Of a DNA stretch of 61,127 nucleotides, positions 8,471 to 19,000 are shown in pieces. The notes below the pieces were generated by a model. That model was not told the origin of the DNA, ran no database searches, and was given only the letters and a program-made list of their open reading frames with translations. The stretch is from Chitinophagaceae bacterium (GTDB taxonomy: Bacteria > Bacteroidota > Bacteroidia > Chitinophagales > Chitinophagaceae): the NCBI GenBank assembly GCA_046153465.1, contig JBJXDV010000026.1, positions 1 through 61,127 on the forward strand, given 5' to 3'. Position numbers and translations under genes: made by a program. The first letter of the stretch is position 1; each line of letters starts with the position of its first letter.

Positions 8471-11400
8471 TTAATTTCTTACACTAAACTCTACCCGCCT
8501 GTTTTGCGCACGTCCATTAGCGCTAGTATTATCACCTACTCCTTTTTCTGAACCGTATCCTGTGGCACTTAAGCGATCTGCGTCTATACCTTTTGAAGAC
8601 AGGTATTTCTTTACTTCGTCTGCACGGCTCTGTGAAAGCGCCATATTTTTCTCCTTCTTACCCGTATTATCTGTATGTCCATCTACGTTGATGGCCAATT
8701 TCGGGTATTTATTCATAATTGCCACCAGCTCATCGAGCTCTTTTGTAGCTTGTTTAGTTAGTTTAGAACTGCCAGTCAGGAAGGTTACATTCTTAGCATT
8801 GAAATTCATTTCTTCCAGTCTTGGGCAACCGAAGTTAGCTACGGGTCCGGCTGTTTCGGGGCAACGATCCTCATCATCAGCTACTCCATCATTATCTTTG
8901 TCTGGTATGGGGCAACCCTCATAACGGGAAAGACCATAGGTATCCGGGCATTTGTCTTTTGAATCCTGGATGCCATCGCCATCACGATCGGGGCAACCAG
9001 CAAATGCCTTGGGACCAGCTACATCAGGACAAACATCATCTTTATCCGCAACACCATCTCCATCTTTATCTGGACAACCGTTTAAAACTTTTGGACCAGC
9101 CACAGTTGGACAACCATCTAATTCATCAGCAACGCCATCACCGTCTGAATCTTTTGGAACAACCGGCGGTGGAGGAGGTGGTGGTGGAACAATTTTTACA
9201 GGGACTTTCACACACTTACCTAATTCAAAAATATCCAAACTTATACGTGCAAACATAAAACGACCGTTAAATCCAAACTGATTTGCAGAATAAAGGAAGC
9301 GACCACGGTTAGATAAGTCGCGGCCCGCGCTATGACCACCTGAAGTTTTATTCACACCTAATGCAGAAGCAATTGGCGCGTTGTAATAAGCATTTGGATC
9401 GTTACGTGGATCAACAAATATTCTGTCTGGGTAAACATCAAAAAGATTATTAGCACCTACAGATATATTCATCCCGGGGCAAGCTTTATAAGTGAGTACA
9501 AAATCTGTTGTCCACTTTGCACTGAATGTTTGATCGGTACCCAACCCAACATCATTCCAGTAGGCCCCTGTAGCAGCGTTTCGTGACGCCGGGTCGGCAG
9601 GATTTAACGCAGTAATTTCTCCAAACCTAACGGTACGTAATAAAACACTGTATTTACGAAGATCATAATTGAACGTAAAATTCAATTTTGTTTTTGGCTG
9701 CCCAACTTCAATACGAGAGCGTTGCTGCCGATCAAACAATGCCGTTCTTAAATCGTTTACAGGATTTTTAGTAGCGTCGTTTGTGCTTGGATTATTTATT
9801 GGGTCATCAATTACTGAATTCGTTAGAATGGAACCTACAACAGTATTATTATTATAGTTACCCGCAAAAGAAAGAGTCGCATTACCAGCGCCTAAACGGA
9901 AACGATGCGTAATCACCATATCTATTCCCTTTGTTTCTGTATTTACGGCATTTGTCCAAAACTGCAGTGCATTAATCGTTGGGTCTACTCCGTTACTGGT
10001 CAGGATTGATCCAATTAATGGATTGCTTCGGTTAAACTGGGAAGAAAGAACAATGCGATCGTCAATCCTGATGAAATAAGCGTCAATAGTAAGCGAAGTG
10101 TTTCTGCTGATATTTCCAACAACACCGGCTGTAAGGCTTTTAGAAGTCTCCGGACTAAGGCTTTCAACTCCAAATGCTTTGCGAACAATTGGGTTATAGT
10201 TGTTTGCCGTTAATGCTTGAGAAGGAAGACCTGCTACAAATTGTGTAGATGTATTTTGGAAATAACGCTGATGCAAAGACGGAGCGCGGAAACCAGTACT
10301 TGCAGATGCGCGTACCGCAATCTTGTCTGTTATTTCGTAGCGTGCTGCCAGTTTACCACTTAAGTTAGAATAATTAAATTGTAATTCATCATAGGTTTCA
10401 TACCGCAACGCACCACCCAAAACAAATTTGCGGGTCCTTAACTCAAGATCTGTGTAAAACGCATACATATTTCTGTTAGCATTTACTGCATCGGCAGGTT
10501 GAAATCCTGGGAATACCTGTGAACCAGATACGGCCGTGCCCGGGCTAAATGTAAAAAAGCCAGAAGTGCCCGGATAAGGAGGAATAGGATCGGGTTGAAA
10601 TTGACGACCACCGTTAATGTAAGAATTGGCCTCGCCCTGCGCAATGGTAAAACGTTCGTAACGATACTCTCCGCCAAATGCAACGTTCAGAGTTCGGCTT
10701 CCTCCAAGTTCCACCTTTCTATCCAAATCAACATTAATGGTATTCTGAAGAAATCCAAGTGAACCTGCATAAAACTTCGTTTGTACAGCATTGGTAGCAG
10801 GCAGGGAAGAGTTACCTGAATTAGAAATATCGTACCTAAGTGAATTCTCACCGCGGGTATTACTGATATCAAGATCCCATGCTCCGGCTTTAAAGTTTAA
10901 TCCGGCACTTACAGAGTAATCAATAATTCGTGTATTGATTACCGGTAAAAACCCATCGTAATAAAACCGCTGGCCATTTGCCAAAACAGGTTGCTGACTC
11001 CACGAGTTTGGATTTCGGCTAAAGCCACTTGCATCGCCATTACGTTGAGAATAACCAGTAGTCAGGTAGAAATTAATATTTTTAGAAATAGGCACACCTG
11101 CGTTCACAAAAACACCAGTATTTGTATTGGAAGAATTACCCGCAACGATATTACGCCTGTTATATCCTCTTTGACTCACTACTCCTTTATCAAGATCTAT
11201 TAACCATCGATAATAATCGTTTGAGGTAATACCTGCAGGCACAGCCGCGGTACCTGGTAATCCACCGCCATTACCTGTATAGATCAGCGGAATATTATCT
11301 AATCCACTACGGTTCGTATTATCGCGTTGCAACCACTGACCGCTGACATTTACATAGGCCCCATTTTTCCATCCCCAGCCACCACTGAAATCAAATTGGC

Positions 11401-12271
11401 GGTTTAAACCATCTTGAATTTTTACTCCACCTGCGTAGGGCATATTCGTGAAATTTTCACCCAACATTCCTGATATATTCAACCCTTTATAATTCTTTTT
11501 TAAAACAATATTTATTACTCCGGCAATTGCATCTGAACCGTATTGAGCAGCGGCACCATCGCGGAGTACTTCGATGCGTTCGATGGCAGCAGCAGGAATT
11601 GTATTCAAATCTGTTCCAACAGATCCTCGTCCTACGGATCCATTAATATTAACCAGGGCCGAGTTATGCCTGCGTTTTCCATTGATCAACACCAGTGTTT
11701 GATCTGGTCCTAATCCCCGCAAACCAGCCGGATCAATATGATCGGTACCATCCGAAACTGTTTGTCGCGATGATTGAAAAGAAGGAGCTACATAAGTGAG
11801 CATTTGGGTTACATCTGCCTGGGCAAACTGTTTGATCTCCCTTGCGTTGATAACATCAACCGGAACGACGGTATTTAATTTGCTGCGTGGCACCCTCGAA
11901 CGGGAACCAACTACAACTACATCGGTGAGATCTGACGCAACATTTATGTTTGCATTTTGCTCAACGGTTTGTCCAGTACCAACAGTTACCATGTAACGTT
12001 GAGGAGTTGCACCTACATAAGTTACGACCAGTGTATAAGTACCAGCTTTTACTTTAAGCAAATAATTACCATTTGCATCGGTTAAAGTACCGCCCCGTTG
12101 ACCTTCAATAGTTACTGAAGCACTACTGAGTGGACTTCCATTCGCATCCTTTACATTTCCTTTAATAGCACTTGAAGATTGAGCAATGGTCCATTGAAAA
12201 GTGAACATCAAAAAAGCAAAGAAACCTGCTCTACGAATAGTGTAGATAAATTTTCTCATAAACTGTCTCAA
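8471..12271 (-). CDS. TonB-dependent receptor fused to poly-Pro linker, four TSP3 repeats and an OmpA-like peptidoglycan-binding domain
   Basis: N-terminal CarboxypepD_reg-like domain, TonB box (DVVVVG), plug motif IERIEVLRDGAAAQYGSDAIAGVINI, and a barrel ending FGFNGRFMFARISL. Then P8, four DxDxDG...CP...GCP units, and OmpA motifs GHTD, LSQSRA and NRRVEF. Confidence 0.92.
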   Translation of the reverse strand: MRQFMRKFIYTIRRAGFFAFLMFTFQWTIAQSSSAIKGNVKDANGSPLSSASVTIEGQRGGTLTDANGNYLLKVKAGTYTLVVTYVGATPQRYMVTVGTGQTVEQNANINVASDLTDVVVVGSRSRVPRSKLNTVVPVDVINAREIKQFAQADVTQMLTYVAPSFQSSRQTVSDGTDHIDPAGLRGLGPDQTLVLINGKRRHNSALVNINGSVGRGSVGTDLNTIPAAAIERIEVLRDGAAAQYGSDAIAGVINIVLKKNYKGLNISGMLGENFTNMPYAGGVKIQDGLNRQFDFSGGWGWKNGAYVNVSGQWLQRDNTNRSGLDNIPLIYTGNGGGLPGTAAVPAGITSNDYYRWLIDLDKGVVSQRGYNRRNIVAGNSSNTNTGVFVNAGVPISKNINFYLTTGYSQRNGDASGFSRNPNSWSQQPVLANGQRFYYDGFLPVINTRIIDYSVSAGLNFKAGAWDLDISNTRGENSLRYDISNSGNSSLPATNAVQTKFYAGSLGFLQNTINVDLDRKVELGGSRTLNVAFGGEYRYERFTIAQGEANSYINGGRQFQPDPIPPYPGTSGFFTFSPGTAVSGSQVFPGFQPADAVNANRNMYAFYTDLELRTRKFVLGGALRYETYDELQFNYSNLSGKLAARYEITDKIAVRASASTGFRAPSLHQRYFQNTSTQFVAGLPSQALTANNYNPIVRKAFGVESLSPETSKSLTAGVVGNISRNTSLTIDAYFIRIDDRIVLSSQFNRSNPLIGSILTSNGVDPTINALQFWTNAVNTETKGIDMVITHRFRLGAGNATLSFAGNYNNNTVVGSILTNSVIDDPINNPSTNDATKNPVNDLRTALFDRQQRSRIEVGQPKTKLNFTFNYDLRKYSVLLRTVRFGEITALNPADPASRNAATGAYWNDVGLGTDQTFSAKWTTDFVLTYKACPGMNISVGANNLFDVYPDRIFVDPRNDPNAYYNAPIASALGVNKTSGGHSAGRDLSNRGRFLYSANQFGFNGRFMFARISLDIFELGKCVKVPVKIVPPPPPPPPVVPKDSDGDGVADELDGCPTVAGPKVLNGCPDKDGDGVADKDDVCPDVAGPKAFAGCPDRDGDGIQDSKDKCPDTYGLSRYEGCPIPDKDNDGVADDEDRCPETAGPVANFGCPRLEEMNFNAKNVTFLTGSSKLTKQATKELDELVAIMNKYPKLAINVDGHTDNTGKKEKNMALSQSRADEVKKYLSSKGIDADRLSATGYGSEKGVGDNTSANGRAQNRRVEFSVRN

Positions 12272-12409
12272 TTTGGTTTGATTATATGCGGCTCATAGAA
12301 CTATCAGACAAACGGAAAGATAGAGTTTTTTCCTAAAACAAGTTTAAAAATAAGGAATTTAGAGGTACGGAATCTTTCCTAATTTAGACCCTTATTATAC
12401 TATAAATTC

Positions 12410-14125
12410 ATGAAACAATTATTACGAAGTTTTGCCATTTTTTTCCTTTTGTTTCCTTCCTGCAAAACGCAGAACGGACGTACTAAAAGCAACTATCTTG
12501 ATGCGTTTAACTATAACATAGTAAAAAAAGTAAAATGCTCCAATGGTGCTGTCGTTACTGCTCACCCATTAGCAAGCAAAGTTGGTTTAGAAATGCTAAA
12601 AAAAGGAGGCAATGCAATAGACGCAGCGATTGCTATTCAACTTACGCTCGCAGTGGTGTATCCGGGAGCAGGTAATATCGGAGGAGGAGGATTTATGGTT
12701 GCGCGTTTAGCTGATGGTACAAATCTTACGTTGGATTTTCGGGAAAAAGCGCCGGGCAAAGCATTTCGTGATATGTACCTTGATGAAAAAGGAAACGCAA
12801 AGGTAACTTTAAGCCAAGATGGTCACCTGGCTGCTGGTATACCAGGAACAATCGCTGGTCTTTTTGCAGCACATAAATATGGACAACTCTCATTTAAAGA
12901 ATTGATTCAACCGGCTATTGACTTGGCTGAAAAAGGATTTGTAATTACCGAAAACGAAGCAAGCAGTTTAAACGGGACACAAACTGAATTCATAAAATAC
13001 AATACAGTTAGTCCTGTTTTTGTTAAGCACGGCGGGTGGAAAGTTGGCGATACACTTATTCAAAAAGATCTGGCAAAAACCTTGCTTCGTATTCGCGATA
13101 ATGGGCAAAAAGGATTTTATGAAGGAGAGACTGCCCGGTTAATAATAGAAGAAATGGCAAGAGGAAAAGGAATTATTAGTTATGAGGATTTAAAAACTTA
13201 TGAAGCGAAATTTAGAGAACCTGTAGTATTTAATTATAAAGGATATAAGATTGTTACCATGCCCCTGCCCGGCAGCGGAGGAATTTTATTGCCGCAAATG
13301 ATGAAGATGATAGAAGATAAACCAATCAAATCATACGGATTTCAATCAGTGCAATCTGTTCAATTGATGACAGAAGTTGAGCGCAGATCGTATGCCGACC
13401 GGGCAAAATATTTAGGTGATGTGGATTTTTATAAAGTACCTGTAAAAAAATTAATCAGCGACCAGTATTTAAAAGTTAGAATGAGTGATTACGATCCAAA
13501 CAAAGCCGGCAACAGTACACTCGTTAATGCAGGTATTATTGCCGAGAGTGAAGAAACAACTCACTTGAGTGTTTATGATAAAAACGGTAACGCAGTTGCC
13601 GTTACAACTACTCTTAACGGTGGGTACGGAAGCCGAACAGTGGTAAGTGGCGCTGGCTTTTTACTGAATAATGAAATGGACGACTTTAGTGTAAAACCCG
13701 GAGTTCCGAATATGTATGGCGCAGTAGGGGCCGATGCAAATGCCGTAGCACCTGGTAAACGCATGTTAAGTTCAATGACTCCAACAATTGTTTTAAAAGA
13801 TAATAAACCTTACCTGGTGGTGGGTACTCCTGGTGGAACAACAATTACAACTTCCGTTTTTCAAACCCTGGTTAATATTTTGGAATATGATATGAATGCT
13901 TTTGATGCCGTAAATAAACCAAAATTTCATCACCAATGGCTACCCGATATGATTTTTGTTGAACCAGATTTTCCATCGGAGGTACGTAAGGAACTTGAGA
14001 AGATGGGATATAAAGTTACCAGCCGAGGACAAATTGGAAGAACAGAAGTGATTCGCATTTTACCTAACGGCAGTATTGAGGCAGTTGGTGATAAACGTGG
14101 CGATGATGATGCGGAAGGATATTAA
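12410..14125 (+). CDS. ggt: Gamma-glutamyltransferase, lipoprotein
   Basis: GGNAIDAA, LDFREKAP, ETTHLS (Thr nucleophile), NNEMDDF, SSMTPT and GTPGG motifs; lipobox-like LFPSC. Confidence 0.96.
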   Translation: MKQLLRSFAIFFLLFPSCKTQNGRTKSNYLDAFNYNIVKKVKCSNGAVVTAHPLASKVGLEMLKKGGNAIDAAIAIQLTLAVVYPGAGNIGGGGFMVARLADGTNLTLDFREKAPGKAFRDMYLDEKGNAKVTLSQDGHLAAGIPGTIAGLFAAHKYGQLSFKELIQPAIDLAEKGFVITENEASSLNGTQTEFIKYNTVSPVFVKHGGWKVGDTLIQKDLAKTLLRIRDNGQKGFYEGETARLIIEEMARGKGIISYEDLKTYEAKFREPVVFNYKGYKIVTMPLPGSGGILLPQMMKMIEDKPIKSYGFQSVQSVQLMTEVERRSYADRAKYLGDVDFYKVPVKKLISDQYLKVRMSDYDPNKAGNSTLVNAGIIAESEETTHLSVYDKNGNAVAVTTTLNGGYGSRTVVSGAGFLLNNEMDDFSVKPGVPNMYGAVGADANAVAPGKRMLSSMTPTIVLKDNKPYLVVGTPGGTTITTSVFQTLVNILEYDMNAFDAVNKPKFHHQWLPDMIFVEPDFPSEVRKELEKMGYKVTSRGQIGRTEVIRILPNGSIEAVGDKRGDDDAEGY

Positions 14126-14345
14126 AGAAATCAAAGAGAATAGAGAATAAAACGGCCAAAAGGAGAAAGGATTAAAAAGAGAAAATACAAGATAGCGGGT
14201 TCAGAAAAATTTTGAGAGCAGACCGAGCGATCGCTTCACTTAAACAGGGCGTCGGTTCAATAAATAATTTGATAACTTTAAAAAAAATCTTAAGCATCTT
14301 CCTTTAAATGATAAAAAGAATTTCTTTTATAAAGAAGTTTTATCA

Positions 14346-14927
14346 TCAGAGGCGGAATCCCAGATAAACTTGAACGCCATTATTTTTCAGAAAGCTCTTT
14401 GGAGGCGAATCTTTCCATATACTATTTATGGGCGATTGATACCTGACCCCAACAATACCCCTTTCGTTTTTTGCAAAGCTTAATTCAATCCCACCGATCA
14501 TTGCAATGTCTACCGACTTATAGGTATCTTTTACATCTTTCCGGCTATCAAATTCGTCAACCGTTTTCGCACTTAATAGTAAACTTGTCTGCGGCCCAAC
14601 AACAAAACCAATTCTTTTTCCATGAAATTTAAAAAGCAGGGGCAAAGCGATATAATCGGCATTAATCTTTGTTCCGCCGTCCTTGCCACCCATTGCTATA
14701 AACATCAATTCGGGTTGAAAATTCACAAAGTTATTTAGAGATATTTCTTTAAACAATCCAACAATAATGGTTGGTTTAAAATCAAAATATCTTTGATCGC
14801 CATTAAGTTTATAATTCTGCCTGTAGAAGCCAACACCTGCCTTAAACCCAACCCGACTTTTTTCCTGGGCGGTAGATAGTAAAAAAGGCAAAATGAACAA
14901 ACTTATAAGAAAGATATTTTTTCTCAT
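14346..14927 (-). CDS. Outer-membrane beta-barrel protein (porin/PorT-like family)
   Basis: Signal peptide, GFKAGV, FQPELMF, YIALPLLFK and the C-terminal beta-signal VYLGFRL. Confidence 0.8.
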   Translation of the reverse strand: MRKNIFLISLFILPFLLSTAQEKSRVGFKAGVGFYRQNYKLNGDQRYFDFKPTIIVGLFKEISLNNFVNFQPELMFIAMGGKDGGTKINADYIALPLLFKFHGKRIGFVVGPQTSLLLSAKTVDEFDSRKDVKDTYKSVDIAMIGGIELSFAKNERGIVGVRYQSPINSIWKDSPPKSFLKNNGVQVYLGFRL

Positions 14928-15067
14928 GTGAGCATTTTTTTTGTTTGGTACTTTATTCAGAATCGTAAAAATAATGGTTATGAATCAAAAATGAAATTTT
15001 TTTAGCTGCTTCACCTTTACCTGTTTTCCGTAGTGCTATTGTAACTTTATAGTTCAAGCTATGTAAA

Positions 15068-15622
15068 ATGACAACATCATTCGGTAATGAATTTATTGAA
15101 ACAGCTATTAAAAGGGTTTTATATTACAAATCACTTGGTGAAAAAACGATTCACCAACTGAACGATGATCAATTAAATGATTCATGCGGGGCTGAGTCGA
15201 ATAGTATTGCTGTTATTATTCAACATCTCAGCGGCAATATGCTTAGCCGTTGGACTAATTTTTTGACAGAAGATGGAGAAAAACCGTGGAGGCAGCGAGA
15301 TGATGAATTTGAAATTCATGCATTCAATAAAATTCAGCTTATAGAAATTTGGGCGAAAGGATGGGATTGTTTTATAGGCGAACTCCGATCTCTTACCGAA
15401 AATGATTTAACAAAAACAGTTTATATCCGGCAAGAGCCATTAACCGTTACCGATGCTATCATCCGGCAATTGGCACATTACCCCTATCATATTGGGCAGA
15501 TGGTATATATTGGCAGGCTATTAAAAAAAGAAGATTGGATAAATCTATCGATCCCGCGGGGGCAATCGAACCAGTACAACCAATCAGATCAAACAAAAGA
15601 CCCCACAAAAAATTTTAAGTAA
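15068..15622 (+). CDS. DUF1572/DinB-superfamily protein
   Basis: NSIAVIIQHLSGNMLSRWTNFLTEDGEK and HYPYHIGQ (His triad). Confidence 0.88.
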   Translation: MTTSFGNEFIETAIKRVLYYKSLGEKTIHQLNDDQLNDSCGAESNSIAVIIQHLSGNMLSRWTNFLTEDGEKPWRQRDDEFEIHAFNKIQLIEIWAKGWDCFIGELRSLTENDLTKTVYIRQEPLTVTDAIIRQLAHYPYHIGQMVYIGRLLKKEDWINLSIPRGQSNQYNQSDQTKDPTKNFK

Positions 15623-16064
15623 TAGAAAATTTCTGTCGATAGAAGCTCATCCAGCGAAAGAATTAAATTAATAGGATATGCTCAATCTTACCTTATTAAA
15701 TCCAATCAAGCTGATCCAGGCAATGAAATAATTCTTGTGAGAAAAATGCAACTATTTATACGCCTGTTTTATCGAACAAAATCCTAAGTTTATTCTAACA
15801 ATCGAAAAAAGAAAAACCATTTCGCAATATTTTTGAAGTTTGTAAGAATTAAAAAAATAGTCCTGTTTAACGTTCCTAAAAAGCTGTTAAAAAACTCTCG
15901 AAATATCGGTGGAATAATCTCCTTTTATGAAAAATGAGACCAGAACTTAGCGTCCCGGGTATGAATTTTTAGATATGTGGGCATCTGTAATTAATAGATC
16001 GGGGGTTGGTATTGTATTTGCACATCAATCCCGAACACCTAATTTTACAGCTAATACCCCATTT

Positions 16065-19000
16065 CTGAAAAAATTCTTAAAAATAACCCGTACAGTATTC
16101 CTGGTGCTGATTGCGCTGATCATATTTTTATGGTTGGCCATTCAAACTACTCCTGTACAAAACTGGCTGGTCAAAAAAATCACAAATAAACTCTCAACGG
16201 ATCTTCAAACTTCTGTAAGTATTCACCATGTTGATTTTAGTCTTTTTGATAATATGCACCTTGAAGGAGTTCTGCTAACGGATCTTAAAAAAGATACCTT
16301 ATTATCCGCTGGTGAAGTAACGGTAAACATTAGCGACTGGTTTTTTTTAAAAGACCATATCATTTTGAAAAACGTGGCCCTGAAAAATGCCACTGTTTAC
16401 CTTAATCGAAATGATTCTGTCTGGAACTATTCCTTTCTTGTTAATTATTTTAATGGCGGCAAGAAAACTAAATCTGCCAAGCCGATACAGCTTGATTTTA
16501 AAAAAATATCGCTCACGAATATACGTATAATTCAAAAAGATGCCTGGCGCGGTGAAGACCAGGATATTCGATTTACAAGTTTAACGTTTGAAGCGGACCA
16601 CTTTGATTTAAAAGAAAAAAAGGTGCATATTCCTTCTGTCGAAATCATTAATCCCTTTTTTGCACTTAAAAATTATGACGGTAACCGACCCATTCGCAAA
16701 AAATCTTTAAACGCAGATGAAACCATCACTAACAATCCGCTGCATCTTCGCTGGAATCCCGACAATTGGAATATTGTTATAGATAAAGTGAGTTTATTAA
16801 ACGGGCATTTAGAAACAATTCATACCGCAGACACATTGCCTGATCGACACTTCGATGGCAGTAATATTCTTTTTTCGAATATCACGGGAAGCTTCCAGGA
16901 TGTTCGCTTAGCAAATGATACCATTCGTGCGCTCGCTTTACTAAGTACAAGTGAGAGGAGTGGTTTAGAAATTAAGCGTTTAAAGGCATCAATAAAATTT
17001 CATCCGGAAGCAATGGAATTTGCAAATTTGGATTTGCTTACTCCACGAAGCCATATTCGCCAGTTTTTTGCCATGCGTTACCGCTCTTTTGACGATATGA
17101 GTGATTTTATTTCCAAGGTAACGATAGAGGGAGATTTCAGCAATGCTGAATTAAGCAGCGATGATCTTGCTTTTTTTGCACCCGCCCTAAAAGATCTAAA
17201 AAAGAAAATACGCATTGAAGGAAAAATTAAAGGAACTGTTGATGATCTGCAAGCAAAAAATCTAATCGTTGAAGCCGGCAACAGTACCTATCTGAATGGA
17301 AGCATTCGAATGACCGGATTACCCAACATTGAAAAAACATATATAGATTTTGATGCCAATAGTTTTAGGACTACCTATACGGATGCTGCGAGTATTTTTC
17401 CTCAATTAAAAACTATTAAACTACCTCGTATTGATTTGCTCCAATACCTGCGGTTCAAAGGAAATTTTACAGGTTTCATCAACGACTTTGTTACGTACGG
17501 AACCCTTGAAACAAATTTGGGCACTTTGGTAAGTGATGTGAATTTGAAATTTAATGCAAATGAAAATACACGTTATTCTGGCACCGTACAAACAAACGGT
17601 TTTAATCTTGGGCGCTTTATCGAGAACAATCAGGTAGGTAGTATTAATTTTAAAGGAAAAATAAATGGTACCGGAGTAAGTGAAGCCAATTTAAATGCAA
17701 AACTTGACGGATTTGTTAGCGAAATAGGTATAAACGGATATAAGTACCAAAATATAACGGTGAAGGGCACCATTGCTAAGAAATTATTCAATGGAGATCT
17801 TAGATCGAATGATCCCAACCTGGATGCATCCCTTAATGGATTGGTAGACTTTAGCAAAAAAGTACCCACGTTCGACTTTAATGCTCATATTGCAAAAGCT
17901 GATCTTAAAAAAATAAATATTACTAAAGAAAATATTGAATTCAATGGGAAATTTCGATTTGACTTCAGCGGCAATACTATTGATAACTTTTTAGGAACAG
18001 CACGTATTTCCGAAGCAAATGTATTTCGTAATGGCAACCGGATTGCATTTGATTCACTTTTTGTAGAATCGAAAGTATTGGATAATAATAAAGTAATTAC
18101 TGTATTGAGCAACGAATTTGACGCTGCGTTGGTAGGTGAATTTACCATCAATGATTTACCTGCGGCCTTCCAGACTTTTCTAAATAAGTATTACCCAAGT
18201 TATATTAACCCTTCACGGTCGGTACTCAAAAATGAAAACTTCAGTTTTGTTATTACTACAAAAAATATCCAGGAATACATAGACTTGTTTGTAAATGACC
18301 TGAAAGGATTTAATTATAGTACGATAACGGGTAGAATTAACAGTAAAGAAAATTTACTTGACTTAAATGCGGAGATCCCTCAATTTTCGTATAAAAATAT
18401 CGCGTTGTACAATTTAACCCTGAAGGGTGCGGGCACCCTTAACAATCTCAAAGTAGAATCGGCTATTGGTGATGTATATATAAATGATAGTTTGCATTTT
18501 CCGGGAACGACTATCAGTATAAATTCCGCGAACGATTTTTCGGATGTTAAGATTATTACCAGTGCAAACCAAACCCTTAATGCTGCAAATATTTCCGCAA
18601 AAGTAAATACACGTACCAATGGAGTTAGTATCCTTTTCAATGAATCAAATTTTGACATCAATGGAAAAAACTGGACGATCGACAAAGATGGTGAATTGGT
18701 GTTAAGCAAAGATTTAGTATCGGCAGATGGTGTGAAAATATACAATGGTCAGCAGGAAATACGAATCACTACCGTTCCATCTGACATTGGTAATACCAAC
18801 GATATTAAAGTAGAATTACAAAAAATAAATATCGGTGATTTTACTCCGTATGTAGTTTCTGCCAATCGCCTGGAAGGATTGTTGACCGGGGCAGTAGATA
18901 TCATTGATCCGTTTGGAAAATTGCAAGTAGATTTTAGAGGAGAAGCGGAACAGTTTCGATTGGATAATGACTCTGTTGGGAAAATAAAAGTAGGTGCAAA

